A DNA stretch of 64,000 bases from an uncultured virus (IMG/VR IMGVR_UViG_3300005294_000012) (IMGVR_UViG_3300005294_000012), one strand, 5' to 3'. Positions 1 through 10,256 are shown, counted from the first letter of the stretch. The notes: generated from the letters alone by a model not told the origin. Translations and numbers: made by a program.

Positions 1-260
1 GCAAGACGCTCGCGGCAGCTGACGTAACGGTCACCATCGACGACACGAACAACCGGGTCGACGTCGACATCGTCAATGATCAGAACTGGACGCCGACCGC
101 GACCAACGTGACGGACCTTTGCCTGGCGTACGACAACGACAACACCGCCGGCACCGACGCGAACCTGATCCCGCTGCTCTGGTTCGACTTCGCGATCACC
201 CCGGACGGCTCGCAGGTCGTAGCCCAGTTCAACGCCGCNGGCGTCTTCCGGGCCAGCTAG
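1..260 (+). CDS. Partial small virion structural protein (5' end outside the window)
   Basis: Open frame from base 3, KTLAAADVTVTIDDTNNRVDVD...LIPLLWFDFAITPDGSQVVAQFNAAGVFRAS, stop at 258-260; beta-rich and directly upstream of the fibre gene. Confidence 0.65.
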   Translation, partial: KTLAAADVTVTIDDTNNRVDVDIVNDQNWTPTATNVTDLCLAYDNDNTAGTDANLIPLLWFDFAITPDGSQVVAQFNAXGVFRAS

Positions 261-289
261 CCCCTGCCCCTACTGAAAGGGGCTGAGCC

Positions 290-3052
290 GTGACACTGCT
301 AGCGGAATACGGCTTCAAGGAGGGCGTCGGGCTTCACGCCTACGACTCCTCGGGTAATGGCCGCTCGCTTGCAGCGACCAACGCCACCACGTCCTGGAAC
401 TCCGAGGGCGGTCGGACCCAGATAACCGGCCTGCCCGGGCCGAACACGTCCCAGAACAGCTGGACGATGATGGCCTGGGTCAAGCGGACCGGGACCTGGA
501 CCGGCTGGGCGGCGGCATTCGGGAAGAACGGCTGCTATGTCGAGGTCAACGCGGCCGATAGCTATCGGCTGAACTTCTTCGGCGGCACGAACTCCAACAC
601 CACCTCGGCCGTCGCGACCCTGGATACCTGGATACACATAGCGGTCACCCGGGACACAGCGACCGGACAGACGCTGTTCTACATCAACGGCACCGTTCAA
701 GGATCCGGGGTCACCAACGGGGCGCAGAACTTCGGAACTGGTGGCCCGTGGGGTGTGGCGCTGAACGTCGCGACCTCGGCAGAGGACTCCGACTTCGTCG
801 GCACCGTCAAGGACTTCAGGGTCTTCGACACCGCTCTGGATTCGACCAACATCAACACCCAGATGAACACCGCCGTCACGGCGGCGGCGGTGACGATGGT
901 GGCGCAGACCTCTGGGGCCCCAGCCAACGCTTCGGCTTTCGCCCCGACTCTGCCGAGCCACGCCACCGGCGACCGGATGATCTTGAAGGTGGTCGGTAAG
1001 TACAACACGACCACGATCCCCACCATCAACCAGAGCTGGGTGCTGCTCGGCAGCGGCACCGGCGGCACAGGTTCTACGGGGAACGACACCGGCCAGGTCT
1101 TCTGGGCGGTTTACGGCAAGGACGCCACCTCCGGATCTGAGACGGCGCCCACGGTCACTCCCGGCGGTACAGCTCCGGACTCCTGGGAGTGGGAGTGTGA
1201 GGTTTGGCGCAAAGGCACCGGCAGGTCGTGGAAGGACGCGATCGCCACCTCTGCTGCCTGGGTCCAGGCGGTTTCAGACACCTCGACTGCCTCGCCACTC
1301 ACCGGGACCGCCAGCGCATTCTCCGGGCAGCCCACAGCTGAGGACGCGATCTCGTGCGCCGGCGTCATACCGACCGACCTCGGGTCGGCGCTGGGCGCCA
1401 CCACAATCACCGCCACGGGCCTCTCTGGCGGCTCGATCACCTCCACCAGCCAGTACGTAGAGAACGCCATGGGCGGCGACACAGCGCTTGTGTACCCGCG
1501 CTGGCTGGGCTTTGCGGGCACGGCGTCCGCCGGTGTCGCCATGTCGTTCACGGTCACCGGCGCGACCAACCAGTCCGGGGTCTTGGTCGCCATCGCGCTG
1601 CGGCAGCAGCCGGCCGGCCAAACCGTCACTTTGGGCCAGACCACCGAGACCGATTCGACTTTCGCCCTCAGCCGGCAGAAGGTCCGGACACTGGGTCTCG
1701 TCACGGAGACCGACAAGGCTTTCCGACTGGCCAAGGCGGTCGGGCGCCCGTCGGAGGCCGACTCGGCCTTCGTGATCACCCGGCAGAAGATCAGAACGCT
1801 CGGCCTGACCACTGAGACCGACCGGACGTTCCGGATTCCTACCCCGTTGGGGAGGCCTTCGGAGACGGATACTGCACAAGCGATAAACCGTATCAAGATA
1901 CGAATTCTCGGTCTGACCACCTCGGGAAACGCCACCTTTGCGGTGGGCCGGCAGAAGACCAAGACACTGGGCTTGATCACCGAGACGGATACTGCTCAAA
2001 CGAGCAGCAGGGTCAAGACCAAGATCCTCGGATTGGCCACCTCGAGCAACACGGTGCAGCCGATCTCCCGGGTTAAAACCAGGACTCTTGGGCTCGTCAC
2101 TGAGACCGATGTGGCCCAGACGATCACGCGTCGCAAGATCAAGATCTTGGGGCTCGTCACCGAGACGGACTCCACGTTCGCGATCAGTGTTGGTGGCAGT
2201 CACACGATCACCCTTGGGCTGACGACCGAGACCGATTTGGCTCAGCCGATAACTCGGCGCAAAATCAGGGCAGTAGGGCTGGCCACTGAGGTTGACTCCC
2301 TGCCAGCTGTGACCCGGCAGAAGATCAAAGCCGTTGGCCAGCCCTCGCAAACCAACACTGCCCAACCGATCACGCGGCAGAAGATCAAGACGTTGGGCCT
2401 GGTCACTCAGACCAACACCGCGCAGGCCATAACCAGGGTCAAGACCAAGACCCTTGGGCTCGTCACCTCGACCAACACCACGTTCGCCCTGTCGCGGCAG
2501 AAGATCAGGGTTCTCGGACGGCCGACTGAGACCGACCTGGTACAGCCGATCTCGATCGGCGGCAACCACACTATCCAGGTCGGGCAGGTCCTGGAGACCG
2601 ACACCTGCCAGCCGATCACCCGGGTTAAAACCAAGATCCTCGGGCTGACCACCGGGACCAACACCGCACTAGCGGTAACGCGCGTCCACCAGCGCACCCT
2701 CGGGCAGCCGACGACCACCGAGATCGCGCAGAAGATCACCCGGCGAATCGACATCGGACCGGCCACAGAGACCGACACCGCACTGGCTATGACGCGGCTT
2801 AAGACCAGATCCCTGGGCCGGCCGGTCGAAACAGATACCGTGTTCACGACGGTTCGAAGGAAGATCAAGATCATCGGCCTGGCGGTCGAGGCCGATTCGG
2901 CGCTGCACATCACGATCGGCGGATTGAACATTCCGCACGTGATCGACGGAACGCTGCACGTCCAGCCCAACCGGTCGACTGTGAACCTGACCTACAACCG
3001 ATCCGGGCTGAATCTTCAGCGCAACCTGGCAACTTTGGACGTGGAGGACTGA
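290..3052 (+). CDS. Fibre-like virion protein: N-terminal LamG/concanavalin-like domain plus long repeat shaft
   Basis: LamG motifs (DSSGNGR, WTMMAWVK, WIHIAVT, FYING, FVGTVKDFRVFDTAL); ~20-aa repeats in the C-terminal half. Confidence 0.8.
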   Translation: MTLLAEYGFKEGVGLHAYDSSGNGRSLAATNATTSWNSEGGRTQITGLPGPNTSQNSWTMMAWVKRTGTWTGWAAAFGKNGCYVEVNAADSYRLNFFGGTNSNTTSAVATLDTWIHIAVTRDTATGQTLFYINGTVQGSGVTNGAQNFGTGGPWGVALNVATSAEDSDFVGTVKDFRVFDTALDSTNINTQMNTAVTAAAVTMVAQTSGAPANASAFAPTLPSHATGDRMILKVVGKYNTTTIPTINQSWVLLGSGTGGTGSTGNDTGQVFWAVYGKDATSGSETAPTVTPGGTAPDSWEWECEVWRKGTGRSWKDAIATSAAWVQAVSDTSTASPLTGTASAFSGQPTAEDAISCAGVIPTDLGSALGATTITATGLSGGSITSTSQYVENAMGGDTALVYPRWLGFAGTASAGVAMSFTVTGATNQSGVLVAIALRQQPAGQTVTLGQTTETDSTFALSRQKVRTLGLVTETDKAFRLAKAVGRPSEADSAFVITRQKIRTLGLTTETDRTFRIPTPLGRPSETDTAQAINRIKIRILGLTTSGNATFAVGRQKTKTLGLITETDTAQTSSRVKTKILGLATSSNTVQPISRVKTRTLGLVTETDVAQTITRRKIKILGLVTETDSTFAISVGGSHTITLGLTTETDLAQPITRRKIRAVGLATEVDSLPAVTRQKIKAVGQPSQTNTAQPITRQKIKTLGLVTQTNTAQAITRVKTKTLGLVTSTNTTFALSRQKIRVLGRPTETDLVQPISIGGNHTIQVGQVLETDTCQPITRVKTKILGLTTGTNTALAVTRVHQRTLGQPTTTEIAQKITRRIDIGPATETDTALAMTRLKTRSLGRPVETDTVFTTVRRKIKIIGLAVEADSALHITIGGLNIPHVIDGTLHVQPNRSTVNLTYNRSGLNLQRNLATLDVED
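1631..2923 (+). repeat. Coding tandem repeat, ~60 nt/20 aa unit, >20 copies
   Basis: Consensus LGLxTETDTAQxITRxKxKT recurs throughout the translation. Confidence 0.9.
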
Positions 3053-3381
3053 TGGGCAACCTGCAGCTGGACATGAAGATCGGCGACACCCGGCCGAAGT
3101 TCGTCACTCCGGTGCTGGACAGCGATGGGGCAGCGATCTCGCTATCAGGGGCGAGCGCAGTGCTGAACATTCAGCTGCCGGACCAGACATTGGTGACCAA
3201 GACCCTGACTATCGATAGCCCTGCCACCAACGGCATTGTGAGCTACCAGTGGCTGATCGGTGACCTGCCGGTGATCGGGGACTACAAGTTCGAGGTCCAG
3301 GTCACATTCGGCGACGGCACCAAGCAGACATTTCCGCCGAAGGACTACGGAACCATCAGTGTGCACGCTGATCTCGACTAA
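3052..3381 (+). CDS. BppU-N-like Ig-fold virion protein
   Basis: GDTRP...NGIVSYQW..GDL...GDYKFEVQVTFGDGTKQTFP pattern; overlaps the fibre stop codon. Confidence 0.65.
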   Translation: MGNLQLDMKIGDTRPKFVTPVLDSDGAAISLSGASAVLNIQLPDQTLVTKTLTIDSPATNGIVSYQWLIGDLPVIGDYKFEVQVTFGDGTKQTFPPKDYGTISVHADLD

Positions 3382-3420
3382 GATCGCGCACGAGAGGCCA
3401 CGCTGAGCAGGGGGAAGAAG

Positions 3421-3627
3421 ATGGCATCACGTATCGTCGTGTTCCGTACCGGTCCGGCCGGCGGCGGCGGCACTCTGAGCGACCACAGCATCGCCAACCT
3501 CAATACGATCCGGGGCGCGACCAACCAGATCCCTGAGGGCAACGACCACCCGCAGACCCGTTTGCTGCCGGCGTACGTGCTGCCGGCCAACCGGAACAGC
3601 TTCGGGAATAAGGACGGCGGCATCTGA
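3421..3627 (+). CDS. Small hypothetical protein
   Basis: Purine-rich RBS, coupled by TGATG to the next gene. Confidence 0.55.
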   Translation: MASRIVVFRTGPAGGGGTLSDHSIANLNTIRGATNQIPEGNDHPQTRLLPAYVLPANRNSFGNKDGGI

Positions 3628-3821
3628 TGTCCCGCACCTTGGACGGCGTCGGCGCCGTCGGCGTACGCGGTATCCGCAGGACCACGTCAGCGGCCAAAGG
3701 CAGCAAGAGTCGGGCGAGGACATCGTCCTCGGTGGCCAATAAGGTTCGCCAGCACAATCCGCCCGCAGCCATCAACAGGGCTGCTACCTCTAAGAGCGGC
3801 ATCCAGAGGCGCAAGGTCTGA
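3627..3821 (+). CDS. Small basic hypothetical protein
   Basis: TGATG coupling on both sides; Arg/Lys/Ser-rich. Confidence 0.55.
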   Translation: MSRTLDGVGAVGVRGIRRTTSAAKGSKSRARTSSSVANKVRQHNPPAAINRAATSKSGIQRRKV

Positions 3822-4159
3822 TGGCTGGCCGCGTACTGCGTAACTCGCGCGGCCAGTTCGCAGGATCAACAGGTGGATGGGGTCGTGGCCGGGTCGGTCG
3901 CGGCGGCGGATTTGGCAACGGTCGCAAGGGTAAGGTCCGCTCGCTCAGCGGCTTTCAGCGGCAGCAGCGGATCACCCGGACCATCAGGCGCGGCGGGTCT
4001 GTCGGAGTGGCTGTCGGGGCCTCCCTGGCCGGCGCGGCTCTGGCGCACAAGGGCGCGTCTCACGGGAACGTCAGAGTCAGCCTTGCCGGACTCGGTCTTA
4101 CTGTCGTGGGGCAGGCAGCAACCGTGCATGCCAAGAGGACCATCGGGCGTCGCAGGTAG
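3821..4159 (+). CDS. Arg/Gly-rich protein with RNSRGQF motif and hydrophobic C-terminal segments
   Basis: Coupled ORF ending 3 nt before TerL. Confidence 0.6.
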   Translation: MAGRVLRNSRGQFAGSTGGWGRGRVGRGGGFGNGRKGKVRSLSGFQRQQRITRTIRRGGSVGVAVGASLAGAALAHKGASHGNVRVSLAGLGLTVVGQAATVHAKRTIGRRR

Positions 4160-4162
4160 GCC

Positions 4163-5551
4163 ATGCCCAAGGCCCTGTCAATGGCCGGGGTCTTTTCTGA
4201 GATCGGCTACTCCCCGCATAAGGTTCAGCAGCGCATCCATCGTCAGATCAACGAGAAGCGTTTCCGCGTGGTCTGCGCCGGCCGGCGTACCGGTAAGTCC
4301 ACTCTCGGCGGTCACGAGCTCGCCATCCGCGCGTTGCAGGCCCAGCTGCGTTACAACGAGCTGGAGCCGTTCGGCCGGCGCGCCGAGTACTGGATCGTCG
4401 GCCCGGAGTACTCCGATGCCGAGAAGGAATTCCGTGTTCTCTGGAACGACCTCACCACGCTCGAGGTGCCTCTTGATCATCCCGGCAGCTACAACGACCC
4501 CAACGGCGGGAACATGCACATCTCGCTGTGGGGCGGCAGATTCCAGGTGCACGCCAAGTCCGCTAAATACCCCGGCACTCTGGTCGGCGAGGCGCTCGAG
4601 GGAGTGATCCTGGCCGAGGCGGCGAAGCTGAAGCCGTCGGTCTGGACTAAATACATTCGACCTACATTGGCCGACTACAAGGGCTGGGCGCTGTTCAGCA
4701 GCACGCCCGAGGGCAAGAACTGGTTCTACGAGCAGTGGCAGCGCGGGCAGCGCGGAGACGGCAACTGGTGGTCGGTCCGGATGCCCAGCTGGACGAACAA
4801 CATCCTCTTCCCGCAAGGCCGCTACGACCCCGAAATCACGGACATGGAGTCCGAGATGACGGAGGAGAAATTCAACCAGGAGATCGGTGCCGACTTCACC
4901 GAGTTCGTCGGCCGGGTCTTCAAGGATTTCGACGAAGAGATCCACGTCGGGCACCACCTGTACGACCCGAATCTGCCGGTCTATCTGGCCACCGACTACG
5001 GCTACTCCAACCCCACCGTCGTGCTGTTCATCCAGGTCGACATCTGGGACAACGTCTTCGTGATCGGCGAGTACTACCACGTCCACAAGACCATCGACGA
5101 GGTGGCGCAGGAGATCTGGACGCACCCCCGGCTCGGCAACCTGGTGCGGGTTGCTCAAGATCTTTACCCCGACCCCGAAGACCCCGGGGCATCGAACTAC
5201 TTAGCCAAATCATGGAAGGTCACCGTCCACGGCGGCACCGGCGGTTTGATCAGGGATCGCATCGACATGATCCGGCGAGGCCTCAAGATCCAGCCCGAGT
5301 TCCTGATCCACGGGCACCCGGACAAGGCGCCGAAACTTTATGTCGATCACCAGTGCCGCAACACGATCAGGGAAATGCAGGATTATCGCTACCCTGAGAC
5401 CAAAGATGAGCTTACGCAGGACCCGAAAGAGAACCCGCTCAAGAAAGATGATCACTGCCCGGAGGCGCTGGGCCGGTTCTACAAGGGGCATTTCAGTGAC
5501 AGCGTAAGGAAGTCCCGGCAGGCGCGTCAGCGTACGGCCAGGTCGGCATAG
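4163..5551 (+). CDS. terL: Terminase large subunit (portal-linked copy)
   Basis: Walker A GRRTGKS, Walker B VILAEAAK, STPEG coupling motif, nuclease motifs TDYG and DDHCPEALGR; immediately upstream of the portal. Confidence 0.95.
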   Translation: MPKALSMAGVFSEIGYSPHKVQQRIHRQINEKRFRVVCAGRRTGKSTLGGHELAIRALQAQLRYNELEPFGRRAEYWIVGPEYSDAEKEFRVLWNDLTTLEVPLDHPGSYNDPNGGNMHISLWGGRFQVHAKSAKYPGTLVGEALEGVILAEAAKLKPSVWTKYIRPTLADYKGWALFSSTPEGKNWFYEQWQRGQRGDGNWWSVRMPSWTNNILFPQGRYDPEITDMESEMTEEKFNQEIGADFTEFVGRVFKDFDEEIHVGHHLYDPNLPVYLATDYGYSNPTVVLFIQVDIWDNVFVIGEYYHVHKTIDEVAQEIWTHPRLGNLVRVAQDLYPDPEDPGASNYLAKSWKVTVHGGTGGLIRDRIDMIRRGLKIQPEFLIHGHPDKAPKLYVDHQCRNTIREMQDYRYPETKDELTQDPKENPLKKDDHCPEALGRFYKGHFSDSVRKSRQARQRTARSA

Positions 5552-5559
5552 GGGGAACT

Positions 5560-7155
5560 TTGACAACGATCTGGGACACCGCGAGCCCGTTTACCGGGAC
5601 GCCGGCCGGCTGGTTGAACCAGGAGGACAGCCTCCGCCTCAACGCCTACCAGCTGTACGACCTGCTCAACGCCAACGACTCCTCCGCGATCAAACTCACG
5701 CTGCGTGAGGACGAAGAGAACCCGATCTATGTCCCGTCGGCGAAGCGGATCATCAAGACCAAGGCCCGTTATGTCTGCAAGGATCTCGGGTTCCAGATCG
5801 TCAACACCACCTCTGAGCTGGGCGAAGAGGGCGAGGTCGTCGTAGACCCGAGCCAACAGGTCGAGATGATCATGGCCTTCGGCAACTTCTTCACCCGCGA
5901 GCGGTTCTTCGCGATGTTCCGGTCGGCGATGAGCTTCGGCCTGGCGCAGGGCGACTGGTGCATCTACCTCTACGCCGACCCGTTGAAGCCCGAGGGATCC
6001 CGGGTATCGGTCACCGCGATTCAGCCCGAGACGTTCTTCCCGATCAAGGACCCCAAGGACAAGACCAAGATGGTCGGGGTTCGCATCGTCGAGGAGATCA
6101 TCGTCGACAACAAGAACTTGCTGAAGGTCCAGACCTGGCTGACGGCGCGCGCTTTCGGGCACCCGCAATACAACGACGGGCTATACGTCGATGGTGCGGA
6201 GATCGTCCGCGACATCCAGGTCATGGAGCCCACCGACTGGGAGGACCCCAAGAAGCGGAAGCTGGTCGCCCATCCCGACAACCTGCCGCAGGAACCGGTC
6301 GAAGGCATCACGCAGCTGCCGGTCTACCACTTCAAAGCCAACGAGAAGCGCGGCGAGTTCTACGGGATCAGCGACCTGGCCGGACTGGAGCGGGTCTTCT
6401 ACGGCGTCAACCAGGCAGTCACCGACGAGGATGTGGCGATCGCCATGGCCGGCCTCGGTGTCTATGTCAGCACCAACCGCCCGGTCGACGCGAACGGTAA
6501 CCCAACCGACTGGAAGATGGGCCCCCGCAGGGTGGTCGAGGTCGAGGGCGAGGACGGCCAATCCGCCGGCGACCAGTTCACCCGAGTTCCCGGCGTCACC
6601 AATATCCAGGCCAGCCAAGATCACTACAGGTACCTGCAGGACCAAGCCGAATCGACCGCCGGCATCTCCGGGGTGGCGCTTGGCGAGGTCGACACGGCCA
6701 TGGCCGAATCCGGGATCGCACTCTCCATCCGGTTGGCGCCGCTGCTGGACGACGCGAACGACAAGGACGAGCTGATCCTGGCCAAGCTGCGGCAGCTCTT
6801 CCACGACCTCAAAGAATGGTTCGCCGCGTACGAGACCAGCAACTTCCCCGAGGAGCTGGAGGTCGTCCCGGTCGTTGGGCCGAAACTGCCGCGCGACGTC
6901 GACAAGGACCAGGCCGTCTACAGCGACCTGCATCTGGCCGGCGTCATCCCGACACGGCTCTACATCGAGAAGCTCAACGAGCTCGGCTACGACCTGGGCA
7001 ACCCGGCAGACCTGATCGCCGAGGCTCAGAAAGAAGCCGACGAGAACTTCAAGCGACAGCAAGAGCAGCTGGACGCGGCAGGTATCGACGCTGGCGGGAA
7101 CCGTCTCGACCAGGAGGCCGGCGGGCCACCGTCTGATGAAGGGGCGGCGGCTTGA
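5560..7155 (+). CDS. Portal protein
   Basis: 531 aa following TerL; YGISDL and AESGIAL motifs; acidic tail. Confidence 0.9.
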   Translation: MTTIWDTASPFTGTPAGWLNQEDSLRLNAYQLYDLLNANDSSAIKLTLREDEENPIYVPSAKRIIKTKARYVCKDLGFQIVNTTSELGEEGEVVVDPSQQVEMIMAFGNFFTRERFFAMFRSAMSFGLAQGDWCIYLYADPLKPEGSRVSVTAIQPETFFPIKDPKDKTKMVGVRIVEEIIVDNKNLLKVQTWLTARAFGHPQYNDGLYVDGAEIVRDIQVMEPTDWEDPKKRKLVAHPDNLPQEPVEGITQLPVYHFKANEKRGEFYGISDLAGLERVFYGVNQAVTDEDVAIAMAGLGVYVSTNRPVDANGNPTDWKMGPRRVVEVEGEDGQSAGDQFTRVPGVTNIQASQDHYRYLQDQAESTAGISGVALGEVDTAMAESGIALSIRLAPLLDDANDKDELILAKLRQLFHDLKEWFAAYETSNFPEELEVVPVVGPKLPRDVDKDQAVYSDLHLAGVIPTRLYIEKLNELGYDLGNPADLIAEAQKEADENFKRQQEQLDAAGIDAGGNRLDQEAGGPPSDEGAAA

Positions 7156-9089
7156 ATGACAAGTGGATCCTCGAGCGTCTCTTCCTAGCAGTCCCCGAGC
7201 TGGCTGCTGACACCGGTTTCATTGACGCCCTGGTAGGCGCCGGCGTCCTCAACTCAGAGCACGTCAGGGTCTTCCGCAGACTCACCGGGCGTCACAAGAT
7301 CAGCGCGCTGCGCGGCCGGCCTCTGCTGCAGCGGATCATGGTGGTCGTCCCGGAGATCATCTCGGTGCGCACCATCAACCTGCTGGCCCGGTACAACCTG
7401 ATCCCGTCCAAAGAAGCGCACGCGCTGCGCATCACCTTGCGGGTCGCCAACCGACTGCTGCCGGCGCCGCTGAACACCGATCACATCTACGAGCGCCTGG
7501 CCATGATCTTCGATGACGTGTTCAGCCCGGAGATGGTGTCCTACCTGCGAGCGCTCGACAACGAGACCATCGACCTGGTGCGCGACGTGCTGCTGCGCGG
7601 CAAGACTCGACTGGGCAGCGCCGACGCAGCGCTGATCCGGCAGCTGCTGATCAATTCGATTCGCAGGGCCCAGGTGATGCGCTCGGTGATTTCGGCTGGC
7701 CGCATCACCCGGGACGTCGTGTCACAAGCCCGTGCGTTGGACAGTGTCTGGGACATTCTAGGGGTCACATTCGACGGCCTTTTGAGCCGACGAATGCTGA
7801 AGAACCTGGTCCGGGCTGGGGTGATCAGCGCTGAGAGGTACGAGCTGTGGGCCCATATCTCTGACCTGGGGCTCGGTGTGTGGCGCAAGGTGGCTGCTGG
7901 CCGGAATTACGAGTCTTGGGCAGCTCGGGGCTTGCTACTCAGCGAGGGAGTTCTCAGCCCGGAGCTGATCAAGGTCTTGCGAGATCTCGGGGTCATCTCG
8001 CAGCGCCAAGCGACGATCTTATATCCGGTGTCGCAGATCATGCGTGAGATAACACGCGGGCTCGGCGAGAAGTGGCGTACGTCTCGCCGGTACCGGATTG
8101 TGCCCGGTGAGGCACCGATCAAGACCTTCGCTCGGCACACTCAGACCACCGACAAGGCGATCCTGAAGCTACTCGCGCAGGCTGCCGACGACGCCGGCAA
8201 AGAGGCCGAGCGGCTGATGAAAACCCAGGGCTTCGCCAAGATGTCCAGGGCCCGCCAACAGCAGCTGGTCGCGCGGCAGCTGCACAACACGATGCAGGAT
8301 CTCTGGGAGGGCGCCGGCCACCTGGTGATCTTCGGCGAGAAGGAAACGGCCAAGGCCGCAATGGAGGCGCTGCCGTCCCTGCAGAAGCTGTTCGGGGCCA
8401 ACGCGGATGGCCAGGGGCTGGAGAGATCGCTCCTTGCCAGCGCCCGATCGGGCGTCGATAGCTTCATTAGCCGGGAAGAGCAACTTCGATCACTCTCCAG
8501 CCGTGTCTGGAAGAATATCGCTCTTCACAACGGACGGCTAGACAAGGAGATCGCCAAGGGCCTGCTCCGAGGCATGACGGCGCAGGAGCTGGCGGCGGTG
8601 GTACGAGGTTTCGTCCACCCCAATGTGCGGGGCGGAGTCTCTTACGCGGCCATGAGGCTGGCCCGGACCGAGATCAACAACGCCTTCCACAACACCGCGA
8701 TCCGCTACACCCGGGAGATGCCCTGGGTCGAGGGGTACGAGTGGCATCTGTCCGGCTCCCACCCCAAAACCGACATCTGTAATGATCTTGCCGAGCGCAA
8801 CGGTGGCCTCGGGCGAGGCGTCTATCAGAAGAACAATGTGCCTCAGAAGCCGCACCCATTGTGCCTGTGCTACATCACCCCGGCCACCGTCGACAACGCC
8901 CGGTTCTATCGGAACCTCCGTAACGGCGCGTACGACCGCTACCTCAACAGCGTCGAGCGGAACGGGGTTTTCGATGAAACCGACGATTACACGCCGACGA
9001 GGTGGCAGGAAATCGCCGGCGGCGCCGCTAAGGTTGCGCTGATCGCGGGGATGTCAGCTGCGGCACGCCGGTACTTACCAGCGGCTTGA
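7152..9089 (+). CDS. MuF/minor capsid (head morphogenesis) protein with long N-terminal extension
   Basis: RLARTEINNAFH, W-H-C..L and PHPLCLC motifs; follows the portal. Confidence 0.85.
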   Translation: MNDKWILERLFLAVPELAADTGFIDALVGAGVLNSEHVRVFRRLTGRHKISALRGRPLLQRIMVVVPEIISVRTINLLARYNLIPSKEAHALRITLRVANRLLPAPLNTDHIYERLAMIFDDVFSPEMVSYLRALDNETIDLVRDVLLRGKTRLGSADAALIRQLLINSIRRAQVMRSVISAGRITRDVVSQARALDSVWDILGVTFDGLLSRRMLKNLVRAGVISAERYELWAHISDLGLGVWRKVAAGRNYESWAARGLLLSEGVLSPELIKVLRDLGVISQRQATILYPVSQIMREITRGLGEKWRTSRRYRIVPGEAPIKTFARHTQTTDKAILKLLAQAADDAGKEAERLMKTQGFAKMSRARQQQLVARQLHNTMQDLWEGAGHLVIFGEKETAKAAMEALPSLQKLFGANADGQGLERSLLASARSGVDSFISREEQLRSLSSRVWKNIALHNGRLDKEIAKGLLRGMTAQELAAVVRGFVHPNVRGGVSYAAMRLARTEINNAFHNTAIRYTREMPWVEGYEWHLSGSHPKTDICNDLAERNGGLGRGVYQKNNVPQKPHPLCLCYITPATVDNARFYRNLRNGAYDRYLNSVERNGVFDETDDYTPTRWQEIAGGAAKVALIAGMSAAARRYLPAA

Positions 9090-9132
9090 CTAGACATTCT
9101 TCGTATACGATTTCGATCACCAGGGGGACATT

Positions 9133-9819
9133 TTGAAGAGCCAGAGGTTGAGCCTCGAACTCCCCACCTGGCACAATTTCTCGGTTTGTCTGGCTGAACC
9201 AGATCCTCCGAGTGGTGACCAGGCGGGATCCGAATCCGGTGGAGCCGGGAGCGGGCAAAAGGATCCGAAGCAAGGTGGCACGGCTGAGCCGGACCCCGAG
9301 CGCAAGATCCAGGCCTTGACGGAAGAGAAGGACCGTCACTTCAGGAAAGCTCAGGAGCAAGAGACCGAGCTGAATGAACTGCGGAAATTCCGTGAAGAGA
9401 CCGAGCGTGCCAAGCTCACCGAGGCGGACCGGATCAAGGCCGATAACGCGGCCCAGACCGAGCGCATCACCACTCTCGAAGCGGACAACCGCAGGCTCGC
9501 GATCGAGAACGCATTCCTGGCATCAAATTCCGTGAAGTGGCACGACGCAGCTGCGGCTCTCAAGCTGGTCGATCTCTCAGCAGTCGAGGTGAAGGACGGC
9601 GTGGTAACCAATCCCGACGTCCTCAAGACAGCCATCGAAACGACGGCGAAAGCTAACGCGTGGATGGTGGCTGGCGAGGAAGAGCCAGGTGGCAAGAAGA
9701 AGGCGCCTCCGCCGAAGTCCGGTGACGCACCCAACGGTGGTCAACCAGACCCGACGAAGCCCGACTTCGCCCACCTGGAAAAGAAATTCCCCGCTCTGAG
9801 GCATCACCGCACCTACTGA
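9133..9819 (+). CDS. Capsid scaffolding protein
   Basis: Low-complexity N-terminus, coiled coil, C-terminal KKFPAL motif; upstream of the capsid genes. Confidence 0.85.
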   Translation: MKSQRLSLELPTWHNFSVCLAEPDPPSGDQAGSESGGAGSGQKDPKQGGTAEPDPERKIQALTEEKDRHFRKAQEQETELNELRKFREETERAKLTEADRIKADNAAQTERITTLEADNRRLAIENAFLASNSVKWHDAAAALKLVDLSAVEVKDGVVTNPDVLKTAIETTAKANAWMVAGEEEPGGKKKAPPPKSGDAPNGGQPDPTKPDFAHLEKKFPALRHHRTY

Positions 9820-9833
9820 CTTCGCGGCTCTCG

Positions 9834-9870
9834 GATCGGGGGCGGAACTAGCTCTTCGGAGCTCCCGATC
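9834..9870 (+). promoter_or_regulatory. Bulged RNA hairpin with cUUCGg loop ahead of the capsid genes
   Basis: GATCGGG...AGCTC-TTCG-GAGCT-CCCGATC. Confidence 0.55.
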
Positions 9871-9890
9871 AAGAAAGAGAGCCACCAGGT

Positions 9891-10256
9891 ATGACTGCTC
9901 GGGTCGACAAGACCGAATCAGCGGTCGGGGTTACCCGTGGCACCCTCAACGCCGACATTGCCCAGGCTGACTGGGGCAAGGTCATCGGTGTCAGCATCAA
10001 CGGCACCGGCAAGGTCGTACGAGGGGGCGCGGCTGGCCTCATTATCGGCGTGATCATCGCCGACAAGACCAACTACAAGGCGGGTCAGCGCTGCGACATC
10101 ATCGGCAACGGTTCAGAGATCATCGAAGACACAGGTCTCACCGCCGGCGCCCAGTACTACGCAGATGCGACGACCGGTCTCCTCACCCTCACCACTACTT
10201 CTAACACCCGCGTCGGCTACACCGTCGAGGCGGACCGTCTGGTGGTGACGCTCTGA
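9891..10256 (+). CDS. Capsid decoration/cement protein
   Basis: 121 aa beta-rich (GLTAGAQYYAD..TG.L), between scaffold and capsid. Confidence 0.7.
   Translation: MTARVDKTESAVGVTRGTLNADIAQADWGKVIGVSINGTGKVVRGGAAGLIIGVIIADKTNYKAGQRCDIIGNGSEIIEDTGLTAGAQYYADATTGLLTLTTTSNTRVGYTVEADRLVVTL

Noticed and set aside
9086..9111. Promoter TTGACT...TACGAT before the scaffold gene
   Set aside because: Spacer is only 14 nt
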